A stretch of DNA of 20,000 nt from the IMG/VR virus record IMGVR_UViG_3300030095_002703; one strand, given 5' to 3'. Shown piece by piece: positions 7,882-18,600 of the stretch. The notes below the pieces were generated by a model, which was not told the origin of the DNA, did not search any database, and saw only the letters and a list, made by a program, of their open reading frames with translations. This DNA comes from an uncultured virus (IMG/VR IMGVR_UViG_3300030095_002703) (Duplodnaviria; Heunggongvirae; Uroviricota; Caudoviricetes). Position 1 is the stretch's first letter, and every line of letters starts with the position of its first letter. The translations under genes and the position numbers were made by a program.

Positions 7882-8138
7882 TGAGTGAACAATTTGTACC
7901 TATTGAAGAAGTGTCAAAGCACTTCTCAGTATCAATATCAACCATTCGCGCTTGGATACGGCAACAGCATATACCTAAAAGTGCTTACTTAAAAGTTGGT
8001 AACACCTATAGATTTAGGATAAGTGATGTCACCAATGCGTTGAAACCTGAAGAAGAAAGTGTGGATTTTGAAAGTCTTGATGCCTCAGAAAATACTGCGG
8101 ATTTAGTTACCGAAGCATTTACTGACGAGGACATCTAG
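7881..8138 (+). CDS. Excisionase/AlpA/MerR-like winged HTH DNA-binding protein
   Basis: IEEVSKHFSVSISTIRAWIRQQHIP...KVGNTYRF matches the HTH_17/Xis-like pattern. Acidic tail. TAATG coupling. Confidence 0.8.
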   Translation: MSEQFVPIEEVSKHFSVSISTIRAWIRQQHIPKSAYLKVGNTYRFRISDVTNALKPEEESVDFESLDASENTADLVTEAFTDEDI

Positions 8139-8821
8139 TGGATGAAGGCTCTGGCCTACGTCGAATTAGTATTCGTGGTAGCAGATTTAGTGAGATTATT
8201 AGTGGTAAAGAAGTTAACACGAATATAGATAGCTTTAGGGATATTGTTATTATGAATGCGGCTCCCGTGTCTCGTACTTACTATAAGGATGCATACGACC
8301 CTAACAAGGTTGCGTTTCCTTTATGTTGGTCAGCAGATACACAGAGGCCGTCTGTAGATGTCCCCAAAGAACAAAAACAATCTAATCGTTGTCTAGATTG
8401 TGCAAAAAATATACGCGGTTCGGGTAGTAATGGAGGACGTGCGTGTAGGTTTTCGCAACGCCTAGCAGTAGCGTTTGAGGATAAGTTAGATGAAGTATAT
8501 CAACTCCAATTACCTGCTACTTCTATATATGGTAAAGGGCATGGTGGGCACATGACCATGCAGGGTTACGTCAAGTTCTTGTCAGGGCGTAACGCTGTAG
8601 CTACAAACGTTCTTACGAGAATGTATTTTGACGAGAGAAGTGTTGTACCAAAACTTTATTTCAAGCCTGTGCGTTCTCTTGGGGCTATGGAGTTAGATAC
8701 TGTGCGAAAAATGATTAATCATTCAGATACATTAAAAGCTATTACTTTAGATGTATCACCAGTAAACAACTCTGTGTCTCCGTTTGGAGTAGTAGATGGT
8801 TTTGAAGTAGATGCAAACTAA
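8138..8821 (+). CDS. Phage replication-module protein, putative ssDNA-binding/recombination protein with Cys cluster
   Basis: RRISIRG...PLCWS...CLDCAKNIRGSG..GRACRFSQRLAV gives four Cys, a possible Zn site. Located between the HTH gene and the primase. Function is inferred from context. Confidence 0.65.
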   Translation: MDEGSGLRRISIRGSRFSEIISGKEVNTNIDSFRDIVIMNAAPVSRTYYKDAYDPNKVAFPLCWSADTQRPSVDVPKEQKQSNRCLDCAKNIRGSGSNGGRACRFSQRLAVAFEDKLDEVYQLQLPATSIYGKGHGGHMTMQGYVKFLSGRNAVATNVLTRMYFDERSVVPKLYFKPVRSLGAMELDTVRKMINHSDTLKAITLDVSPVNNSVSPFGVVDGFEVDAN

Positions 8822-8839
8822 AAACTAAGGACTTATGTT

Positions 8840-9538
8840 ATGAGTTATATTATTGAAAATGTAGAAATACTTTATCCACGTATTAATCAGCCGTATAAGT
8901 TTGATTCTGCGGCAGGAGAGAACGGTAAAAGTGTGCCGTGTGATCCATTTGATGATGGGGCAAAGTATGAAACAAAGTTTCGCATGGAGAAAGATCAAGC
9001 CAAAGCTTTGTATGCGAAGATGACAGAATCTTATTTAGCGGCTAAAGAAAAAAATTGGCCGGATAAGATTGACTTTCCATTTGATAAACAAGAAGATGGA
9101 ACTTATGTAGGTAAAGCCGTGCTTAAAGCGGCGTATGGTAAAGATGCTACAGCACGGCCTAAACAGTATGATGCTAAGAGCACCGAACTGCCTGAAGATT
9201 TTAAACTGACTACTGGCAGTACAGGCAATGTAGCGGTAACATTTTATCCGTATTATATGCGTGAAGCAGGTGTATCTATCCGATTACGCGCAGTACAGGT
9301 TGTTAAGTATGTACCATTGGAGTCTGCATCACCGTTTAGTGCAGTAGATGGATTTGAAATGGAGGCAAGTGATAATCCATTTAAAACTGCTAAACCTACA
9401 CCTAAAGTAAGTGACGATGTTTTTGAAGATGAACCTGCTCCAGTAAAAGAGCCAAAAAAGGTCGCTAAAACAAAAACAGTAGCGCCAAAAGAAGCCGACA
9501 AGGACTTGGCCTCAATCGTTGATGAGTGGGACGACTAA
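8840..9538 (+). CDS. Single-stranded DNA-binding protein, T7 gp2.5/DUF2815-like OB fold
   Basis: ILYPRINQP...KYETKF...GSTGNVAV...GVSIRLRAVQVVKY pattern, then a Lys/Pro-rich linker and an acidic aromatic C-terminus (IVDEWDD). AAGGA RBS. Confidence 0.75.
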   Translation: MSYIIENVEILYPRINQPYKFDSAAGENGKSVPCDPFDDGAKYETKFRMEKDQAKALYAKMTESYLAAKEKNWPDKIDFPFDKQEDGTYVGKAVLKAAYGKDATARPKQYDAKSTELPEDFKLTTGSTGNVAVTFYPYYMREAGVSIRLRAVQVVKYVPLESASPFSAVDGFEMEASDNPFKTAKPTPKVSDDVFEDEPAPVKEPKKVAKTKTVAPKEADKDLASIVDEWDD

Positions 9539-9557
9539 CCTTTTATCAACACTTCAC

Positions 9558-9625
9558 GTAGCTAGGAACTTCCGAAAAGGGTGCGACGGCACCCCTGCTA
9601 CACTATCTCTCGGACTTAGGTAGTG
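9558..9625 (+). promoter_or_regulatory. Candidate structured RNA leader of the primase-helicase gene
   Basis: GTAGC/GCTAC encloses GGA-ACT-TCC and GGGTGC-GACG-GCACCC. A further hairpin CACTATCT/AGGTAGTG covers the RBS region. Confidence 0.5.
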
Positions 9626-9629
9626 AATA

Positions 9630-12388
9630 ATGGATACTAAAACTTTTTTGCAGAATACTCTTAGTAGTGAAGGTCGCTACTGTGTGTTTGCATTTCGCAC
9701 AGAAGATGATAGGAGAGTTCAAAAGTTTTATTCTTCTATAGATCATGTGGTAGACGCGGCACAAAAATTAGACTCTCAAGGCTATGATACTTACTTTGCC
9801 TTAGCAACATTCAACGAAGATAACTCACGTAAAGTTAACAACGTAAACAAACTTAAATCTTTTTTCCTTGATCTTGACTGCGGTGTTACCAAAGACTACC
9901 CCGACCAAGACCAAGCAATAAAAGCATTATCTCAATTTTGTAATACTCTTTCTTTACCAAAGCCTATGCTTATAAACTCAGGACGAGGCGTACATGCTTA
10001 TTGGTTTCTCTCTGAAGATGTATCTCCACTTGATTGGGTTCCTGTAGCAGAACACCTAAAGAAGTTATGTGGTACTCACAAACTCTTGGCAGATCCCGCA
10101 GTGACTGCTGATGCCGCTAGAATACTACGAGTGCCTAAGACACATAACTATAAGACTAGCCCTCCTTCTCCTGTTGACTACTTTGTAGGGGATGTACCCA
10201 AGCCTGTAGACTTTGACGCGTTTGCTGAGTTACTTGGTATGGATATGATACCAGTTCCTACAAAGATAGAAGGTGGGGTTAGCGCGTTTAGGGAGGCGTT
10301 AATAAAAAACAACGATAATAAATTTAAGACTATCATTGAAAAAACTATAGCAGGTGTAGGGTGTGAGCAGATAAAAATAATAGCCACTGACCAAGAAAAT
10401 TGCAGTGAGCCTTTGTGGAGGGCAGGGTTATCAATAGCAAAGTTTTGTTCTGACGGCGTTAGTGGAGCTAAGTTTATATCTCAAAAACATCCTAATTATT
10501 CTCCAGAAGCTACCGCAGACAAGTTAGAAAACATAAAAGGGCCGTATCTTTGTACTTCTTTTGATGAATTCAACCCTGAGGTATGTACTGATTGTAAACA
10601 TTGGGGCAAAATTAAGTCCCCCATATTGCTAGGTCGCACTGTGGTAGAGGCTAGCAAAGAAGATAATATGGTAGAAGTTCTTGTAGATTCTGAAGATGAG
10701 TTTGGTGATACGGCTACGTACTCTATACCTACATACCCTAAACCTTATTTTAGAGGGGCTAACGGAGGTATATACCTACGAACTAAAACTTCTGACGGCG
10801 AGATAGACGAAAGACTTATATATCATAACGATTTATATGTTACAAAACGTATACGCGATCAAGAAGTAGGCGAGTCTATAGTCATGCGTTTACATTTGCC
10901 TGTAGATGGTGTGCGAGAGTTTACAATACCTTTAACAGCAGTCACTTCCCGTGATGAATTTAGAAAACAAATGTCTATGCAGGGGGTGGCAGTGACTAAA
11001 ATGGACGATCTTATGGCTTATACAACAGCATGGGTAAACGAGTTACAGGCTACTAATGTAGCTGATGAGGCCCGCAGACAATTTGGTTGGACAGACGATA
11101 CATACAAATCATTTGTTATTGGGGATAAAGAAGTATTTGGAGATAGGGTAGGATCTAATCCCCCTTCTACTGCTACAGCAGGTTTGTTTGATTTGTTTAA
11201 ACCTAAGGGAACTTTAGATGAATGGAAGTTATTGGCTAACTTCTACGATAGAGAAGGATTTGAATTACACCAATACATAGTAGGGACTTCTTTCGGTGCT
11301 CCTTTGATGGAGTTCTCCCCTATAGCTTGCGCAGGGTTTCACATACATGGTACAGGTGGAGAAGGTAAGACTACCGCCATGTTCGTAGGGGCATCGGTAT
11401 GGGCAGAGCCAGATGGGTTTGTTATGCAGGAGAAGGACACTAATAACTCTACAATGAACAGGGGGGAGGTCTACCACAACTTACCTTTATACCTTGACGA
11501 GTTAACTAACGCTAGTGGTGAAGTGTTATCTCAGTTAGCTTACCAATTATCAGGAGGTAAACAACGTGCCAGAATGTCAGGTGGTAGTAATGTAGAAAGG
11601 TTTCGTGGTAAGCCGTGGAACCTGTTATCTGTGAGCACTGGTAATACAAGTTTTATAGAGAGGGTAAGTATGTTTAAAACCATACCGAGGGCAGAGGCAC
11701 AGAGGATATTAGAGACCAAAGCTGTTAAGTTATTTAAAAAGTCAGAGACTAAGCAAGAAACAGATGCACACCAAGCAAGGATCAAGAAAGTGCATGGTGT
11801 AGCAGGTAAGATATACATACAGTTTATAATTAATAATTTAGATGAAGTAAAAGCTCTACTACAAAGAGTACAAATAAAGATTGATAAGGAAGCTAACTTA
11901 ACTTCTGAGAATAGATTTTGGTCAGCAGGGGTAGCGGCTACGCTTACAGGATTGATAATAGCTAAACGTCTAGGGCTTGTTAACTACAATATGAAAAAGC
12001 TAAAAGCCTACGTGTTAAAGTTATTAGCAGAAAATATGAGGGCCGTTAGCGATATGAACACTCCTGTGCACGATACTTTAAATAGTTATATCCACGAGCA
12101 TTGGGGTAGCATACTAAAAATCCAAAGCACTGACGATTTACGTAAAGGTCAGGATAACGGTCTTGATGGATTAATCATACCTGAGTTAGATCCTAAAGTT
12201 AGGTTAGTAGGTAGGTATGAAACAGATACTAAGATGGCATACCTAGTACCAAAACAATTAAAGAAATGGTGCGGCAAACAGCAGATAAATTACGGGTCTT
12301 TTATTCAAGACCTTAAAGAAAAGATGAATGCCAAACCAGTAGTAATAAGACTTACTAAAGGCACGTCTACTCAACTACCTGCTACTAG
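9630..12388 (+). CDS. Primase-helicase fusion: AEP/RepB-like primase, Cys-rich linker, DUF927 P-loop helicase; 3' end lost in the gap
   Basis: Primase motifs FLDLDCG, NSGRGVHAYW and DAARILRVPKTHN; Cys cluster GPYLC-x10-CTDC; RRQFGW; Walker A GTGGEGKTT; Walker B LYLDE; STGN. The ORF runs into Ns at 12389. Confidence 0.88.
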
Positions 12389-12398
12389 NNNNNNNNNN
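12389..12398. other. Assembly/scaffold gap (10 N)
   Basis: Run of ten n characters; the true gap length is unknown. Confidence 0.99.
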
Positions 12399-12554
12399 AT
12401 GGTAATAGGTGCTTCTGTCTTTGTGCCTTGTGTAAATACAGATAAGACACTAAAACAAGTTAAGGAGATATTCAAGAATAAGTCTTGGACCGGGGAGTTT
12501 AGAGTAAGAACTGAAAACGAGAAATTAGGTGTGCGTGTGTGGCGTACTCTATGA
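12399..12554 (+). CDS. Small phage protein, probably a separate gene that is 5'-partial because of the gap
   Basis: MVIGASVFVPC...LGVRVWRTL* follows the gap. The GxSxFxP...GVRVWR pattern is one I associate with small stand-alone phage proteins rather than helicase C-termini. Confidence 0.6.
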   Translation: MVIGASVFVPCVNTDKTLKQVKEIFKNKSWTGEFRVRTENEKLGVRVWRTL

Positions 12555-12587
12555 TATAGTTTCTATAGTTCAGATTTACTCCCCGTT

Positions 12588-12624
12588 GCCCCCTATTCGT
12601 TGCCGAGACGGTAGGGGGTTTTTT
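12588..12624 (+). terminator. Rho-independent terminator between convergent gene blocks
   Basis: GCCCCCTAT-tCGT-tgccgag-ACG-GTAGGGGGT stem-loop followed by a T run (12619-12624), overlapping the stop codon of the minus-strand gene. Confidence 0.85.
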
Positions 12625-15600
12625 ATTGTCTATACTCCATATTACTTCTCATAATCGCATACTCCATAAGGGGGTTAACCGTAACACCGTTATGCATTTT
12701 AGCACTAGTGCGCATGTGAGCATCAACAGAGCTAGATATTTGTTCTGGAGTTATTGGCACAGTGGGGTGTCTCTTATTATGAGCTATTATATCTTTAAGA
12801 ACCTCTCCCATAGTTTCATGGTCTCCCATACGTTGAGCTACATAGAATTTTTTAGTCAGTTTAGTTCTTTTTTGTGTTATAGCTCGCTCTACACCTTTAT
12901 TTCTAGCATTCTGTTCTTGTCTAAAAGTATATTCAACAGGGGGAAAGCCTAACGCTTGGGCCGCAAAATCTCCAAAGGTCATATCATCATATATAGGATC
13001 ACTTCTCCTAGTACGTATACCTCCCTCTCTAGCATACCTACCTACAGTACTACGATAAAAATTGGTTAAACCCGCAGGAGCTAGGTTTTCAAGCCCTCGT
13101 TCTATTTCTCCATCACCTAAGTCTCCTATACCACGATATAACCTGTTAGCAGTGCTAAGTGAAGGGCCGCCTAAATAATAAGCTAAACTCTCTTCTAATG
13201 ATGGATCTTTATTAAATCTGTTTTCTTGTAATAACAAACCTGTAAGCCTTACACGACCAGCTACATCTATACCAGTAAGCTCTGCTATAGCACCTTTATA
13301 CCAACCTTCATCTACAAGTTTACGAAATGCTGTATCTGCATCATCTTCTTCATCGTCAAAATAAAACAAGTCAAACAACATAGATATTGCACCGTAAAGA
13401 GGTATGCCTTGAAGCCCTGCAAAAAATACAGCGGCTAGATGTATTCCTGCTAATTGTTTTAGAGCCATATTTCTTAGCTCACTGTTAGCATTTTCACCAT
13501 ACATATTATTTATAGCCAACTTACCGGCTTTAATCATAGAGTAATACATTTGTAGACCATAACTTTTATACATTAGAGCTATACGTCCTATACCTTGTTG
13601 AGAGTATCCCACAGCAGTTTCTAATACTGCGCCGCCGTTAGTTTCTTGAGTAAGATATAGAGCTTCTTCAGCCGCTTTCTGCATACGCTCACTCATACTA
13701 GAAGGGACATCTATAAATTTACCATCAACCGCGCTATAGTATTTTTTATTAGCATTCATTTTGTCTAATATTAAGTTATAGCTAGCAGTAAGAGTCACCT
13801 GCCTATTGAACCTTTCGGCAGAACTAAACATGATTGCGGATGCCGCAGAAACTCCATCTAAAAATCTTAACGCTTTATTACTACTACTCTTGCGTCCTAG
13901 ATCGTCAACCCCTAATTGGTCTCTTAGTTCTGAGTGATATATCTGCCCTCTGTCATTAGCCATTTTAACCAAGGGGATCATTCTTTCCATCATAGCTATT
14001 TTTTCATTAGCTTCTTTAGCAGTAGGATAAGCCTTGCGTATTTTGTTTTTTACAGAATTTTTTAAAGTGTATACATCATCTTTAACATCATAATATTCGT
14101 CTATAGATAATTTTGACGCGCCCACAAACTTAGTAGCTTGAGCTATGGCTTTGTTAGTATTGTTTATACCAAACTTGCCTGATAGAAATGGCCCTACTAC
14201 TAAAGGTATTTGAGATAGATTAACTAATGCAGATGACGCATTGAATCCAATGGTGTATATAAATGCTAGTTGGTTTGATCTTTGAAAATATTTTTCAGTG
14301 GCTTTATTATTTGCACCTGTTCGTGCAAACTTGGCTCTCAGCCGCATCTCTTCTCTTACACTATTAAAAGTGGTTTGTTTTATACCTTTAGGAGCATCTT
14401 TAAAATTAACCGCTTCTATTTCTTTTTCTATTTTTCTTATTTCTGCTACAGCCTTCATTTTTTCTATCTGGGCGGTTAAGTCATACCCTTTATTTTGCAT
14501 AGCGTCGCGTACATCTCTATCATACCCTAATACGTATTTACGTTTTTGTAGGGATTTAGCAACAGAAGTTTCAGGTAACGATTCAATAAACAACCTCATT
14601 ATTTGTTCTTGCATCGCCGAATCTGCATCCTTACCGCTAGCGGATATAACATCTAATACGTCAGAAACAAAAGACTCAGGAGGAGCGTTTTTAAATCTAG
14701 AAGGATTAGTCTCTCCATCGTAAGATACAGGATCTCCTACTGTATTAGGATCAGACTTTACTTCTTCTAACATATTATCTCGTTGTGTTCTGTTCTCAAA
14801 CATTAAGAACACAGGCTCTACTCTACCGTCTATAGTAGTGTCAAAAGATAATTTATACTTGCCTTGTCGCACTAACGGAAAATATACTTCTAACTCACGA
14901 GCCTGTGCTAAACGTTCGTTTATTTGTTTCTTTAGTCTAGTCTTTTGTGGGGTTACTTTCCCGTCTCCTAAAGCATCTATTTCACCATTAATAATTTTAA
15001 CTAACGCTTCGTACAGGTTTTTGTAAGCAGCGCGTTGAGCGTTAAACTGATCTTGTCCGCTTTTACCTAAAGCATTCCAATCTTTACGTTGAGCTTTCCA
15101 GATATCTTCTAAATTATTACCACTGCTATCGGTCTTACCTTTATAATCACTTTGAGGTTTGTTAGGGTCTACTTGATATATAGTAGCGCCGTAGTCAGAA
15201 TGATAAACCAAACGATCTAAAGCTTCTTTCGCTTCTACCCCGTTTTTCTTTACCCAAGCATCATAGTCGGCCAATACAGCTTTTATTTTTTTATTAGCTT
15301 TTTGAATGCCTCCTCTTTGCCTTTCAAACGCTACATGTAATTGTTGTCCTAAAGAACCAAAACCAACGTTTCTTGCTATATCTCCTAATGCTTGAGAGCC
15401 AGTGAGTTTCATAAACACTTCTTTTGTTTTTATATTGACTTCTTTACCTGCATTCAAAAAGTCCACTGCATTTTTTACAAAAGGCTTTTTATTTCCAGAG
15501 GATACAAGTTTCTGAATATCTCCCATGTCTTTTAACATATCTTTAACGCCATCAGGCGTAGCATCTAATACGCCAGAATTTCTTGTGTTAGCATTGGGAG

Positions 15601-18600
15601 ATAATGAGGCCATAATTATTGTATCAGCGGCATCAAGCGCAGAAGTTAATGGTTTAGCATCCATGCCTATAAGCCTACGTACTAAGTTAGTAACTGTTCG
15701 TAAGAATCTTTGTAAAGCGTTTATCTTTTCGCCTTTTGGATTTATAGACGCTAACTTACGTTGAAACACAGGGTTACTAAAAGCTTCAGCTACAAAATCA
15801 TTAAGGTTTTGTGCTCCGTAGGCGGTGTCTAAATAAGGTTTAACGTCGTTATATAAAACATTTAATTGTTTAGTAACAGGACTTGACTTGTTGTTAAGTA
15901 TATTTACTGTAGCCCCGTGCGTAGCTTCATGTAACACAGAATGAACTGTCATACCTGTATTAGGATCTAAGGTAATAGTGTTAGTTTTAGGGTCAAAAGT
16001 AGATACAGCACTGCCATCTACGTTAGCAATGTCTATAGACACACCTTCTAAATTATTAGACAACGCTCTAGCAATTTGTTTAACGCGTTTACTTGTAGAG
16101 GTTTCAGCTAAATTTTGCAATGCGCGTTTTAAATCGCCATTTTTAATTATTGTTTTAACAGCAACAGTTAAATCGTTATCCAAAGCAACTGCTTCTTTAG
16201 GATCTAATCTCAGGTTAAGTACGTCTATCTTACCCCCTGTGTCTAAAAACGCTTGTGTGTCTCGTTCTATTCTTTCTCGTGCACTTTCTTTAGTTTCTTT
16301 TGGAGCAGGTTTAATTTTAGCTTTACCCTGTACTTTTTCGACCGCATCAGCGACACGCGCTAATTCTTGCTCTTCTTTACTTAGTTTTCTTTCTGCTCTA
16401 GGAGTTTCTTTAACTACTCTTTCAGCTTTCTTTTTAGGTTTGGACGTACCAACAACTTTTGCTTTACCATCTGTAGCACTGTCTACTGCTATAGCAGTTT
16501 TAGTATCACGTTGTTTTATCTTAGTATCTTCTTGTTCTTGTTTAGCTCGCGTTGTAACATCTTTTTCTACTTTAGTTGATTCTTTTTGTTGTTCTACAAT
16601 ACGTCTATCTATTTCAGTTTTAGCGTCAGGACTTAAGTTATTTTCTATCCACTGCAATGTAACCTTAGTATTAGAGCCACCTGTACCAGCAAACTTAGCT
16701 TTTTCAGAAGTAGGAGTGTCTTTTTGTGCTCTAAACTTAGGTGTGTTTTCTGCAATTTCAAAAGCTATAGCTGTAAAAGCGTCAGCAGGGCGTTTAAATT
16801 TTTTAAGGTATGTTTGGGCAGTTTGTTCAACGCCTTTTTCATCACGAGGTATTTTCTTATTAAGTAATGTATTTATAGCTGTCACATCATTAGGGTTAGT
16901 AAACTCTGCGCCACGAGGTACGGCAGTGGGAAACTCTATACTTCCCCTTATGTCAGAACTAGTATCAACAGGAGCTTCTACTTCAGTCTTAACTTGTTTA
17001 GGTGTAGTAGCTTTCTTTGGAGTTTTCCGGGGCGGTGTAAAAACGTCTCCAGTTTGAGCTGCATCGCGCCTTTGTTTAGGTTTAGTTTTTAAAGAGTCAG
17101 GTATTAGGGCTTGCGTTGCTTCTGATATGTTAGCATCTTTTAATATCTTTCCTACGTCTGCTATTTCAGGCGCACTGCCTAATGTCCTAGGTTCAGCAAC
17201 GGTGTCAGCTAATGTTCGAGGTCTACGTCTAGTTCTTTGTCTTTTTTGTATATCTTTAAGTGCAGGTTGTTGCGGGTCACTTGGTCTACGTTCTTTTATT
17301 TGCGCTTCTATATCTTGCAAACCCGCCTTATCTTCATCAGCAATAACCATGCGTTCTATTTCTAAATCGTCAACTTCTTTAGCCGCATCCTCTTGACGTT
17401 GCATTTCTGCTAATTCAATATCTTCAGCAGCGGTTCTTTCTGCTATTGTACGATCTTGAAAATCAGAGTATCTAACCTCGTCTATTACGTCAGGTTGTTC
17501 TTTTATCTGATCATCGTCTTCTATACGTTTTGTTCTTTCTTCTTCAGCAGCACGTTCTGCCATAGCGTCAGCTATTTCAACATCACTAATTTCAGTAGGG
17601 CTTGTTCTTTCTGCTTGTTCTAGTTCTTCGGGAAATAAATCGCGTTGTTCTCTAGGTATGCGCACTGCGGCACTAGGCATGTCTCCTAATGTTATTTCAT
17701 CTTCTGCTTCTTGTTCTCTTCTGGATCTTTCTTGCGATCTTCTAACTTCTTCTTGTTGTTCGCGTGTGCCAGCCTCTCCAGTAGGACTTACTAATATATC
17801 ATCAGATGGCGCAGGTAATAGCCCTGCAATGCCTTCCTCTTCACCAAGCTGTTCGTCTTGAGGACTTTTTGTTCTTGCGCCTCTTTTACCTGATATGAGA
17901 TCTGCCAGCACTTGAACTATAGCGCCCGCACCGCCGCCAATCATACCTTCTTCAATTACTCCAGCATCAAGTAATTCTTTTTCGGGGTTGTAACCACGCT
18001 CGTTTAGATTTTGTAGTATAGCAGCAGAAGCTTCTTGCGCCATTTCAACTATGCCAGTAGCTCCAGCATTGCGTACGCGACTCATAACCCCATCTATAGA
18101 ATCAGGGCCAAGTTTATCCATTATTTTACTTAAACTTTCTATCTCAAGTCTTTTAGCAATTCTACCTAAAGGAATGACTTCAGTTAATCCAATAAGAATA
18201 CCACGACGAGTAGCAGCATTGCGTTCTTCTTCTGTAGCCTCACCTGCACGAGCACGTTCACTAGCCTCACCTGCACCTGCACTACCTGCAATAATCCCTG
18301 CGGCGGGCAATGCGGCGGGGCCAAGCAAGGCAGTAGGCAGTAAAGCGCCAATAGAACCAACACCAGACGCTAATTTATAAGATATTGCTTCTTTATCTCC
18401 ACCTTCAGGACGTAAAAAGTTAGCTGCGTCTTGTATTTTTTTGCGAGCTTTAAGTTCTTCTTCCTCTTCTAGTAACGCAACAGCACCTAATCCAGCAGAC
18501 TCGTACATGCCTACTGCACCTGCGCCAAGACCAGAAGCTATATTTTCAAAAAAGCTTGAATCGCCGCTACCAGACTTTCCTACTTCTTGGCGTAGCCTTT

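Noticed and set aside
9558..9601. Hammerhead ribozyme, suggested by a three-way junction with GAAA
   Set aside because: The CUGANGA core is absent.
1485..11818. Short minus-strand or alternate-frame ORFs inside the replication genes (e.g. 2090-2428, 2765-3049, 3090-3398, 5750-5935, 5790-6065, 9253-9501, 11540-11818)
   Set aside because: They overlap well-supported + strand genes or the structured leader and show no motifs.
15978..17057. 359-aa + strand ORF, and other + strand ORFs between 12626 and 19473
   Set aside because: They are antisense shadows of the long minus-strand genes. The Ser/Leu/Val/Phe-rich composition mirrors Lys/Glu-rich sense codons, and there are no recognisable domains.
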